A DNA stretch of 64,000 nt from contig CDMY01000271.1 of NCBI GenBank assembly GCA_001179505.1, positions 1-64,000 on the forward strand. Reading direction: 5' to 3'. This document shows positions 11,350 through 23,400 of the stretch, piece by piece; within the stretch, counting starts at the first letter, position 1; each line of letters starts with the position of its first letter. Under the pieces are notes generated by a model. That model searched no databases and was not told the origin of the DNA. It saw only the letters and a program-made list of their open reading frames with translations. This DNA comes from Vitrella brassicaformis CCMP3155. Its lineage: Eukaryota > Protista > Chromerida. The position numbers and the translations under genes were made by a program.

Positions 11350-14300
11350 TGTGGCCTTGTGCGTCTCGCCAACCTTGCCCCCATGCAGTGGGCCTCGCTG
11401 CCGAAGGGGAGCTGTCACTGCACCCCAGCAGTAAGTTGAATATGCAGACACATCTAGCTATGTCCATTGACGATGTGCGAATTAGGTTAGGTACCTTGAC
11501 GATGCGAATGAAGCTCCGTATGGATCCTGTGCGTCGTCAAGGTTCTGGCCGAAGAAGCCGCCGCCCCGCCACTCTGCCGGCATTATCACCGCACTCCCCC
11601 GCATCTTTCGCGTCTGCAGACACCGCACACCGGCAGAAAAAGGGAGACAGACACGTGACAGCGGGACACACAACGCTTTGTCGACATATGTATTGATTCT
11701 TCACCTGTATCATCCTGACGAGTATCAGGCCGACATAGACAAGGACCATGAAGATGACCCCCTGCAGGACTGCAAAGCGCCTCAGGTCCTCCTGCACCCT
11801 CCAGCCCTCCGCATCGACCTTCCGGCAATCGTTGCGCAAAAGGACGTCATCGCCGTCATCCGTTGTGGTGGTGGGCGGGGCCGCCATGAGGTTCACCAGG
11901 TGCAGCATGGGCGTGCGGAACTTGCTGTTGGCATCGCCACCGTAACACAGCCAGGTCTCAAGAGTCACCAACACGACCGGAAAGATCGCCACTGAGCACC
12001 AGGCAGGCAGGGCAGGCAAGAAAAGAAATTTGTTTGACCAGATTCAAGGATGCAGATATATGCTGCTCTTGTGTGTGCGTGTGTCTGCGCTGACTTGCGT
12101 GCTGTGCGAGAATGTGCGCTTGGGCGATATGGAAGTGGTCCATCCTCCGGTCCTCGTCCGTGTCATAGGCACCGAACCAGCCAAAAGCCGACCGCATTCG
12201 CGACAGGAACTGGCCCCACCTCCCCTGCACCGCAGCGCACACACAGCCATCCCATCTATCTATCGTTGTTCACAGCCTCTGCCTGATTTGGCTGTCGGTG
12301 CTTGCCTGCGGTCTGACGGTGGCGTCACAGAATCCGAAGCACGTCCGTGTGAGCATGGGCATCGGTGGGCAGAAGTAGTTGTTCATCCTGCACGTGTTCC
12401 AGCCGGCCAGAGAGGTCTCGCCGATGTCGTCACCCAGACATCCGTCGCGAATGATGTTGCGGATCAGTATGGCAAAGGACAGCACCCAGAAGGCGGCTGA
12501 CGGCCGCACACTCACCTCCGTCACCCTGGCAGAGAAGACAATGGGACATTTGCTCTATCTATGTGTCCCTCTCTGATGACATACACGTGTCTCGGCTTAC
12601 GGTGGCCGCTCTGCCTCCACTGCGGACGGGTCGGTGCTCACTCTCGGGTCCACATCCACGTCAATGGCGAGGGCCACGGGCGGCGAGCACACCACCCACA
12701 TGGCCAGCAGGAGGTCGCCGAAGTACGTCACGCCCACACCCACAGTGGCCGCCACTTTCCGCATGAACAGCGACCGTCGGCTGAGCCTGTTGAGTCCCGA
12801 CCGTAGGATGGCTTGCAGGATGATGAACAGCACGAAGGTGAGGAAGAAGTAGCCCGAGAAGGTGGTGTCCCGCCGCTCCATGATGAACCAGTCGTGCTTT
12901 CGGAAGCCGGGAAGCCGGTCAACCAAGAGGTCAACCCCCAAAGTATAGATTTCGCCTGCAGGGGAGGAGGGACACCAACATTACATTGTCATCGATACTT
13001 TGTCGTGGTGCATCTTCATTCTTCTGTACCGACCGAGAAGAATAGGCGTGACAGCGATGACAATGAAAGGCAGAAGGAAGAGTGGCGTGGGGTCCCGCAG
13101 CCTGCCCATGGACTTGCCCGACCATGTGTACGCCCCAAGCACCATCCACAGTGTGAGGAAAAAGAGCCCCACCCACACGTTGCCCGACATGCCCGACAGA
13201 TCGGATACCGACACGTCCTCCCCCGGGTCGAGAGCACCGATGATCGTCCCCTCCAGCCCCCTCAGCGCGCAGAAGCCGCCCACGCCCGGGATCAGGAAGA
13301 TCGCCACAAAGATGCACCTCTGTTGGAGGTGTTTCTTTGCCCGGTTTGGGTAGACTTGGTGCGCCCAGAAGAAGTAGACGGCCATGAGCAGCGGCAGGGT
13401 GACAGCGAGGAGAGACGGCTGGTATAGGGGGAAGTCCGACATGGCGATCGACAGGCCGATGGACACGGCACCGTATGCGACGACCAGTGCGAGGGCGACG
13501 CCGAGGAGTGCCCATGGAGGAGGCGGGGCGCCTTCCTTCCAGAGGTTGATGTAGAAGACCAGCTGGGTGAAGCACGCCAGCAGCAGGAAGTCACCGATGC
13601 CTTGCATGAGCTTGGTCAGGGTGTCGATGGTGGTTCTAGCGTCCTTTTCAAGCACCACGGCGCCGTCGAAGATGGAGGTCCAGAGGATGATGGACACCAG
13701 GACGATGAAGGTAGTGGCAAGCTGGACGCGCGAAAACTTGACGTGCCTGTAGCCGCCCTGCAGGTACATGCTCAGCTGAGACGACTGGGAGAGAGACCGG
13801 GATGGCCGGCCGCTGCTGGCACTGCTGCTATGTGCATCAGTTATCGCCCTGACAGTCAGTCACACACACACACACAAAGAGAGAAAGGAGACATCAGGCA
13901 CTCGTGCCACCAACAGCTGCACCCCCCGCTCACCTCTGTGGAATGCTGATGACAACAGAAGACCGCTCCTTGCTCTCGGCGTCCACCGTGCTAACACTAA
14001 CAATCGCCCTGAAGGGGTCGACCGCCACCACCTCCGCCGGTTCAGCAGCACTGGAAGGGCTCTCCTCACCGAATTTCACCGCTTTTCTCGCAGCTGTGCG
14101 CGGGCTGTCGGCCGGCACTACACCTGGCGGAGGCAGCAATGACGCACCGTAGCTGCTCGGCGAACGATCTTGTCCCGCCTCCTCGAGCATCTCTTGGGCC
14201 GTCTCGAGAGCAGACGGTCCCTCTGTGCGTGCGGTGGGTGACTCCTCGCCGACGGAGTCGTCCAGCAAAGGGGCGGCGTCTTGGTGGGGCGCGCTTGCGA

Positions 14301-15267
14301 GGTGCTCCTCAGCCTCCTCCTCTTCAGGCGGGGGCTCTCTGTCTTCTGCCTCTTCTGCCTCAACGTCCTCCTCGTCGTGAGGCGCACGAACAAAGGGGGT
14401 TGCCTCAACACCTTCGTCCTGAGTTGGCTCGGCCTCGGCTGCAGTGGCCTCAGCATAAGCGTCCTCCTCTTCTCCATGACCGATCTCCTGGCCCTCCTCG
14501 AGCTGGCCCATCTCCCTCTCAGCAGCGTCCTCGCGCTCGGCTTCACCATATGGCTCCACGTCCTCTTTCTCACCACCAGCCGCCCGCAATATGTCCTCAA
14601 CAGTTTGCTCAGCCTCGGCATAGGCCAAGGCAGAGTCTTCTAGTGGCGGTGGCGGAGCTTCCCTCTCTTCGTCAGCCTCCCTTTCAACATGGTGTGGTTG
14701 TTCCCTCTCCGCTTCTGCCACCGCCTCGCCCGCCCCCTCCCCCACCCCTGCGATTTCTTGATCAGCAGGCCTCGGTAGCCCCTCATCTACAGGCCCCTCT
14801 CCCTCAAACGTCTCAGGCATCCCCTCAGCGCCGTGCTCCACGACATCCGTCTCGTGTGGGCGCGGAATATCGCTGACGGGCTCCATCTCTGCTTCGTGTG
14901 GAGCCGGTTCAGCGGGCTGCTCGGCCTCGTCGGCGGGCTGCTCAGCAACGGGGAAGTCTTCATGAGGCTGCTCCCTCTCCATCGTGTCTTCATCGACTTG
15001 GGGCTCTTCCCCTTCAGGCGGCTGCTGCACCTCCCCAACTCCCTCTGCCCCTCCTTGCCCTTCTTCCTCTTCCTCCTGCTGCTGCGGTTGTTGTGTGTCT
15101 TGCTGCTCCTCTTCAGCGGCAGCGTCGCCTCCTCCAGCCTCCACAGGAACCGTGCTGGGCTCGTCCATTTCTTCGCCGTGGGGCTCTTGCCCCTCGGCCG
15201 CCCCGGCCTCGTCTCCTTCAGTTGCCTCTGGGGGCTGCTGCGATTCGGGAACAGGCTCCTCGTCCAT
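11039..15267 (-). CDS. Large polytopic membrane protein with a ~440-aa Glu-rich disordered N-terminus, function unknown
   Basis: The acidic exon (MDEEPVP...SIPQR) splices in frame (ag|gtgagc...gtcag|g) to the hydrophobic exon ending at ~12981. Further hydrophobic exons at ~12600-12940, 12270-12520, 11690-12000 and 11039-11280 give well over 10 TM-like segments. I recognise no family motif. Confidence 0.7.
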
Positions 15268-15448
15268 TATCAGAGAGAGGGGGAAAAGCGACAAAAAAAC
15301 ACTCTGCGAGCTTGGGTTGAATTAATAGTACGAAATTGTGAGTGGTCCTCTAGTACTGTGTTTGTGCCGTAGACCAACGCGTCTGTGGCCCCCGGCGCAT
15401 CGTTGCACATCAACCATCAGCCACATCGTAGTTGTGTGTGCAGGAAAA

Positions 15449-17193
15449 ATGCGGCAATGCGCGACAATGTACACCGCGTTAAGTTCAGTGGCACTCCTGG
15501 TCTCTGGCGCCTCAGCAGCAGCCTATGAGGTGAGGAGTGAGCACATGTTGGATCCGATAAAGAACGTCGCCTTCATCAACGACACAGGCAAATTCTGGGA
15601 GGCACAGAAGGACAATGATGGCTTTTTCAGCGTCATCGGCCGGGAAGGAGCTGTCCTTGAGGCGGATCTGAAAGGCGTCGTGATGCACAGCCGCCTCGCG
15701 TACGGATTATCCCGGGCCTTCATGGCGACAGGCGACGAGAAGCACCTGCAATTGGCAAGCCAGGCACTGAACTTCATCTACGAGCACGGTCATGATGAGG
15801 TGTACGGCGGGTGGCACACCCAGACAGACAGCCGAGGAAATCGAATACCAACTGGGTGGGGTGGGAGAGAGTGAAAGAAAGAAACATGTGTCGAAGTGCC
15901 CTGACGCTCTGGTTCTGGCTGTTTGCCTACTTTTCAGGTCAGAAGACAACGAGAAGTGGCTCCTCGTGCAGACGTACGCACTTCTGGGGATGGTCGCTAT
16001 GTGTGAGGCGACCAATGACCCTGCTGTCCACTGCGAAACGCTCGACAAATCCATTCAAGAGTACGACCAGCTACTCTGGGACACCGAGACGAAGGAGGGC
16101 GGGTACTTCGAGAAGAACAGCCGGGATTTCTCAAGGCAGTTTGGCAAGGGCATTGGTGGCGTCCTGGACGTCCTGAATGTGTGGGCGATGCCGAGGCTGT
16201 TGATCAATCATGGGGCGGGCGAGGGGGCCGGCGGCAAGGAGGGCAACGCTGCGCACCAGCTGACTATGCAGAGATATAGCAACCTCAGTGACCTGCTCGT
16301 AAGTGCATGGAAATGTGACTGACGAGGCGCACGCTCCACTACACGTGTCTGTGCCTTGCTTCTCCTCTCACGCACAGATGACAAAGGTAGTGGCCTCGAT
16401 GGACAGCCCATCCGTCAAGTACGGTGTCGCCAGCGGCTTCTACACCAACTGGACAATTGCCGAGAGCGACACGACCACACAAGTCGGCCATCTGTATAAG
16501 ATCATCTGGACGCTGGCCCGCATGTATGCCCTCAGCCCATCATCCACCGAATACCTCGACGCCATTGACAAGCTGTGGAGAGAAAACAAAATGCTTGGAG
16601 CTTTCGACGAACAAGTGGGCTCTCCTCATGCCTTGCTCGACTGGCGAAAGGGCATCACGTCGAGACAAAAGGGGTATTGGCAAGCGGAGCAGAGCTTCAT
16701 GGCTGGCATGACGGTTCTCACACTGGACCGGCAGATGGGCGAAGCAGAGAGGGACGAGTACCTCGAAGTCATCGACAAGAGCCTGATGTTCTTCTACGAC
16801 AGGCTGGTTGACCCTGTCCACGGTGATGTCTTCAGCCAACTGGATGAGACGGGAAAGACCGTGGTCAAGGGCGACAAGGGCAGCATATACAAGTCTTGTT
16901 TCCACAGCATGGAGTTGGCCTTCTATGCCTATGTCTACAGCATGCTGTTCCGCAACGACGTCAGCAAGAGGCGGGTGCCTTTGTTCTATCGGCTGCACAA
17001 CCGAGACGAGACCAAAGAGGAGCTGCTTGTCGTTCTGACGCCGATTCCAATCGAAAAGGGACGACTGGTGATTGAGTCCGTCGACAGGGACGGAGAAGCA
17101 TACACTGATTTCGACAGCAATTCGCGCACAGTGAGGGTCAGGAGGGGGGAGGGAGGCGTGTTTCGAGTCGTCTTCGGTATCCATGACAAATGA
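15449..17193 (+). CDS. AGE/cellobiose 2-epimerase (N-acylglucosamine 2-epimerase superfamily) protein with signal peptide, 3 exons
   Basis: Signal-like MYTALSSVALLVSGASA. Family motifs SRLAYGLSRAFMATGD..HL, GHDEVYGGWH, QVGHLYKIIW, KGYWQAEQ, FYDRLVDPVHGDVF and KGSIYKSCFHSME. Introns ~15859-15937 and ~16300-16378; stop at 17193. Confidence 0.85.
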
Positions 17194-17458
17194 GTGCATC
17201 AGCCCTCTGACGATTCGACCATTGGCTGCCGACGATGCTGTCACTGCTGCTTCGAATGTAGGAGCCAGAGGACTTTCGTGTATTTGTCGACAGCCGTTTG
17301 TGTGAGGACAAATACTCAATTGAGACGCATACATCCGCACACAGGCACACATTGTCCGATAAATAAATGGCACAACGAGGGAAAGCAGACCATAGGTCAC
17401 AGCATTATGATGCATAGAGTGGCCAGCCACCACAAAACGTATATCGCATGGATAATGG

Positions 17459-20400
17459 TCACACATGTGCGCTCCACAAGAGGGGAACAAACGCGAGAGC
17501 TAATGAGAGAAGACCAGCAATTGACCTATACCTATATGTCTTTGTAGTGTGTGCGCCGCTGAATTCCTCTATAGACGTTTGTGAGACCTCTGCGACGGCA
17601 TGAGCGGCCGTGAAGAGCTCTGTCCCACCGGGGCTCTCGTACGTGACATCCACTGACGCAGGGCCGAACCTGGTGCCCAGCTCCTCGGGATCGCCCTCCC
17701 TCGGAAGCAGCAACAGACTGAAAGACAGCTCAATAGCCATCTGCTGGCCCGCCTGCAGGCAGCCAACATCCACAGGGAACAAGGGGCATTCACGAAGCAT
17801 AGGAGACACCAGCTCGTACCTGTTCCGGCGCGAGGGCGAATGTGAGTTGTATGACGCCGCTCTCTGTTTGTGAGAGACTGCATGTGATGTAGGCCGCTAC
17901 ATAGCCGTTGATCGATGGGCTGCAGGGGCCCAGCTGCTGTGATACCACGGGCGGCACGCCAAATGGGCCCTTGACCAAAAGCCGCAGCACAGTGGCTGAT
18001 GCATCGTGACATCAGAGAAAAGGCAAGACACTCGCGTGAGTGACTGGTGGGCGATGGTCGTCCTACATACTTGCATCGGTTGTCGGCAAGGTCTCCACAT
18101 CAATGGCGACTGTGACTCTCACCACAGCACCGTCAAGGAAAGGCCTGCACACAACAATATATGGAGAAGTGGACCGTGGTGTTTTTGCGCCTCTTCTACG
18201 TGTCCATCCTTCCTTCTTACCCTGTGATGACGACTCTTGGCACTCCCCGCAGCAGCGATGCGACCGGCTTGCCCTTGATGGCATTATTACCCATGATAAT
18301 CATCCCGCCTTCGTCCAGCTGACAGAACACGCGAGCACACACATGTCTGTCTGATTGATGTGAGTGATGTGCTTGTGACATATATGTTTGGCTGGCTCCT
18401 GTCTCATTCATTGGTTACGATGTTGATGCCAAAAGTAGGTGCATCTCCCGAGGCGGGGATACTCATGGCCATGCTGACATGCACCTCCGCGCTCGTGTCC
18501 TCTATGTACACACTCGCGACTTCCTGCGCCTGTACACAGCACAGAGGCACATACGCAAAGGCATGGCTGTCTTTGATCCTTCTTGCGCAGAGACTCACGT
18601 GTGTACCTGTATGTCGATGGTTGCGTTGGGTCCCAAATCGCCCAGGTATGGAAGGGGCCTGTTGGACGAGTCCCTCATGCCGATGCCGCCCGCTAACACA
18701 TAGTCGGCCGGAACCGTCAGCTTGAGAGTGCCATCAAGAACAGGCATAGTCGGCTTGAAGGTCAAGGTCACAGGAACTATCTCTTTGGCTATGGGAGTAT
18801 AATGAGCCTGCAATGTGGACAAAAGAAATAACACCAGAGACGGCATGGCATTCTCCAGTGTAAGTACCGAGGTTTCGGTGACCACGACGCTCGGCGGCGA
18901 GGCCTCTGTGGTGATTGCCCTCTCTTTCGGCTCACCACCTGTTGCTGACGGCTCATAGACCAGGATAGTCCATGGGTTCATCGTGTTGGCGGTGATGTTG
19001 GCTGGATGATTCATGCGAAAAGAGAAGGAGAGCGTCTTGTGTGGGCTGTCGGCAATGCTGACGCCCTTGGACACGACAGCATAGGTGCCCCCTGCCATCC
19101 CCACGCAGCTGCCCGTGTCATTGGCTCCTGTACATATGGGCGAGAAGGACCATCCTCCGCCTCCCGGTGTGATCTTGGCTTGGTAGCCCGCCTCTGACAC
19201 TGCGTCAACAGCAAACAGCATTGGAAAGAAAATGTATCGGTTGTGTTGCATACCGATGCCAGTTCCCTGTATCTCCAGTGTGACGTCCCACTCCGCGCCC
19301 ATAGCGCCGACAGCAGTGCTGCCCCCGACGGCTGCCATGGTGAAGGTACTCGTCAACGGAGACACAGGGCTGCCGATCGACGTCAAAAACTGCATGCATC
19401 GACAGGGTAAGTAAGATGGAGAGACAAGATTCGTCCAGCGCGGGTCTTTATCCTTTTCCTCACGGTCAGGCTTGGCATGACTTTGTGGGTGACGGGCAGC
19501 GTCCCCTTAACGCCTTCAATAGCCCACTCGAAATCCTTGTCTGTCTCATGAATGGTCGGCTGTCTTCCGAGGACCCAGAGCCAGTCCATTCCGATGGACC
19601 CATCGACCATCGAGTCGTTTGGGAGGGTCACGTCCGTTAGCTCCAATGTATTTCGGACAGCGGACACCGAGGGTAATACATACGTGTATATCATCCGCTC
19701 GGGGTCGGTGTACTGCCCTGAGCTGTTGATGGGGATCGTAGAGTCTCCGACAGCGATAGTACCCATGGCAAATCCTTTTACGGCACATGCGGAGGAAGGT
19801 GCACAGTGGATAAACACACAAATGAGGCAGGTGGGTTGGGTGACCTGGTGGTGGGACGACGATAAGAAGGGGCATTTGTGCAGGTGTGATGGCGACATCG
19901 GAAGTGAAGGTCAGCACAGGTGGGGGACTGATTTTGGCGTTGGGCGGTGGGCGTTCTGTACTCGCCTAGGAGCCAGCAAACCGAACGGATGCTTACATAC
20001 CGTCTGCGTGCTGTACTGTTTCCATACATCCATCCGTCCGTCCGTTACCCGTGTGATGGCGACGTCTGCCCACTCGCCAAGGACGCATGCCTCGATCCCC
20101 TCAGTATAGTCAGTCAGCCGGTCACGCTGTGTCGTGCCAAACACCGTACTGAGACTCCACAGCGAGCCCTCTGGGAAAGCGTCTTCAGGCAAAGCCACGT
20201 TGGTCAGCGCGAGGGAAAACAATGTGAACATGCCTCCTTCACTCTTCACCCTCAGTCCAGTGACGGTGACCTCGTCTGCCGCCTTTGAAACCACCTCTGC
20301 GTTGGGATGGTCTGCAAGGGACTCTTCAGCCACTTCAACCTTGCTGAGGTCGAAATCGGATGCCGATTGGATGGTGATCTGGTCGAAGGCCTGGACCGGC

Positions 20401-23400
20401 GTGAAGCTGACGTTGAGGACTGCTGAATCGGCCTTCTTGAGCCGGGTGCGTTGGGAGCCCTTCACCCCCAGGGGATCGTACACACCGAGGTCGAAAGCCA
20501 CGTCGGGAAGCTGAACGAACGGAACAGATGAGATGGCAAAGCAGTCGTGTCTCTCATGCCATGTCTTCGCCTGTGCCGCTCTTACTCACCGCTGGACTGA
20601 TCAGCCATCCAGAAACTGTGTTCTGATAGATCTTGCCAGAGGCTCGTGTGTACTGACAGCAAGACAGCAGCCAGATGCGTCAGCACCTGACTATCCCTTT
20701 TGTATCTCACCGTGACTGTCCACATATTCACGACAGCCGCATTCGGGTTCTTGCCGCCCACTGTCACGTTGAGAGTAAGGCCGTCAGCCGTGCCGTTGAC
20801 CGATACACGGAAGACTGGGGCTGCCGTCCTGCCGTCGCCTGCAGCCACGCATGTGGCTGCCCGCTGGACGGCGCTGTCGACCACAGTATTGCCGCCAACA
20901 TCGGTCACGGGGACAGCACTACAACAGATGGAGAATACTGATTCGTGTGCCTATGGCTGTCACGCTATGTTGTCCGCGTACTTGGCTTGGGGCATCACCC
21001 AAAAGGCACGGTCGTCGTCTGGGTCATTTGGCAGGTCTGGGCTTGACAGCGCTGGGTCACAAATAGGCCCAAATGCAGGAGGCATTTTGATGTCGATCAC
21101 GTCGTCGTTGGACGGAGGCAGCAAGGACGAGTCGAGCGTCACCAGCAAGATCGCTGTGAAACTCTGCTCACCCTCGCCTTCTATCGACCTGCATGTTAAG
21201 ACACGTCATATGCTTGAGCGTGTTTCATGATGTTCAGTCATCTATCTCATATATCAGAGTCTCACTCTTCTCCTTCTGGCGGCCTCCACTCGACACCAAC
21301 TTGTGATAGCAGCCCAAAGCCGGGGATCACTGCGTAATCGAGAGACGCCTCAGACGCGAGGAAGGCAGGTAGCCCGTCGACGCCGCATGGTTTGGCGGGC
21401 AAGCCCTTTGGAGCGCACGACCATGCCGCGAAGCTCGGGAGAGCGGGGCTGGCAATATTCGGGTTCATTACGTCGAAGGCGATACTGCGAGACACACATA
21501 GAGGCATATGAGAGGGTGTGTGGAGCACAAGCTCTGTGTGTGTCATGTGGATGCCGTCTATTACGAGATATGTGTTCCCGGGGGCCAGTCGATGTCGTCG
21601 TCGACAATCAGAAACACGAGCCAACCGCCCTCGGACACACAGATGATGGACGTGCCTGACTTTATGTCGGTCAGCTGGGCCAGGGATGAGTCGAATAGGG
21701 TCGCAAGAGACATAGTCCCAGCGCTTGCGTTGTAGACGGAATACTCGGTCGAGACTGATGACTGTGTTAGATTGTCTGGCTTGCTGATAGTGACGGACGC
21801 CTGGGGACACATCTTGTTGGCGGTCCCTGTGGTGGTGGACGACGAATAATCTGGCGGCACTTTGATAGTCAGAGAGCTCATGGGGCCGGTGATCGTCTGC
21901 GTTGTGTTCAGGTCAAAGGTCAGTCTGTTGGGGCTGCCGACCACCTACACCGGCCAAACAAACGGAGAGACACATTTTTGTAAAGGAGGCACCTAGTCTT
22001 TGCACTGTGCGTACAGGATTCGAGGCCGTCAGGGGGGGTATCTTAACCGTATCGACGACAACAGGCATGAACATGTCGAGCTCAGTGCCCGCGAAGGTGC
22101 CGCCAGCCACATTGTCCAGGACAATGCTAAATGCATTAAGGCCGGGGTAGCTAGTGGGATTGCTGACATTGATGGAGAAGGCGTAGGTCTTCTGCGTCTT
22201 GTCGGACCAGTCGGCGAAGATCAAAGTGACGACTGACCGCATCTGCGCGTCGGCAGTGCACGAGTCGACTGCGAAGGACTCCCCAAAGTCTGAGTACTCT
22301 CCAGATGGGTCTGTCCCATTGAACGGCTGGAGGCTGTGCTCGTCGTCGCACACAAGAGGGAATACGTACCTGATGCAGACATCAATGCATTGATGGGTCC
22401 AATTTGTGGGCACTTTACCATGTTTTGCTTTATTGTATATACCCGTCTGGTGCGATAATCACCAACTCGTGTGGTGCATTACTGAGAGCGCTGAGTGTTG
22501 CTGAGGACGTCTCGAAGCCGAATACGAGCTCGGAGACATCCCCTGGCTTGGAGCTGTTGGACGACAGCAGGGCGGCCTTGGTAAAGGGGGCAACGATGGG
22601 CTTCGACACGATGCTCGTGCTCTTGTCGAGCTCAAAAAGCCCCGAAGGAACATCCTCGTCAGGGGCCACATCCTTCAGCTGCGTAAAATACAGCGGCAAA
22701 TTTGTGTGATGCTGCCTGTGCACTTTGGCTTGTCTGCCTGACCAGAGTCTCGTCACATTCCTTGAACGAGTAGAAGTAGAAAATATCTGTTGCGCTGTCG
22801 AGGCCCGCTTCATCCGGGTTGGCCACTTCAAAGCCGAAGCGATAGCTGAGGAAGACCAGGTAAAACAATTGGGCCGTGTATCGACGATGTCGGTCTGTCC
22901 TTACCGTCCAGGCGGCAGCTCGCCCTCCGTTGGGGTCATCGTCACTTCCATGATGGTGGTCCCATCGACACCGAAAGAGCACTTCATTTTGTCATGGAAC
23001 GGAGCTGGAGGTGTATAACTGCACATACCATAGCAAACTATAACTACTCTGCTTGCGTCTTGTTGTTGGCTTACAAGTCTGTGGGTCCGACATGTTGCAG
23101 CAGGCAGTCGCCTTTAGCTTTGAATTTCTGGCCGTCAGCACTCTTGCTGGGAGGGAATTTCATGTGCAGGCAGCCTCCTGCGGGGATTCCTGCAAATGTC
23201 TGGATGCCAAAGCCGAGTAGATTGTCCGCGCTCCTGCCAGGAGTGCTGAATGAGACGTCGGCGTTCATTAACATATTGATTGGCTGGGCAGGGTGGCTCA
23301 CAGCCGCAAAGAGACGTTTCGAAGGATCCCTGAACTCTGCATGAAGAAACAGATGAAAGGCATAGGGCCGGAGACCTCAGTGACCACCATGCCATGCAAG

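Noticed and set aside
14118-15372. Several long overlapping ORFs (14118-14621, 14139-14876, 14833-15372)
   Set aside because: Shadow frames of the GC-rich, low-complexity acidic exon; no motifs.
16540-17490. 316-aa antisense ORF opposite the epimerase
   Set aside because: Antisense shadow of a well-supported coding exon, with no recognisable protein features.
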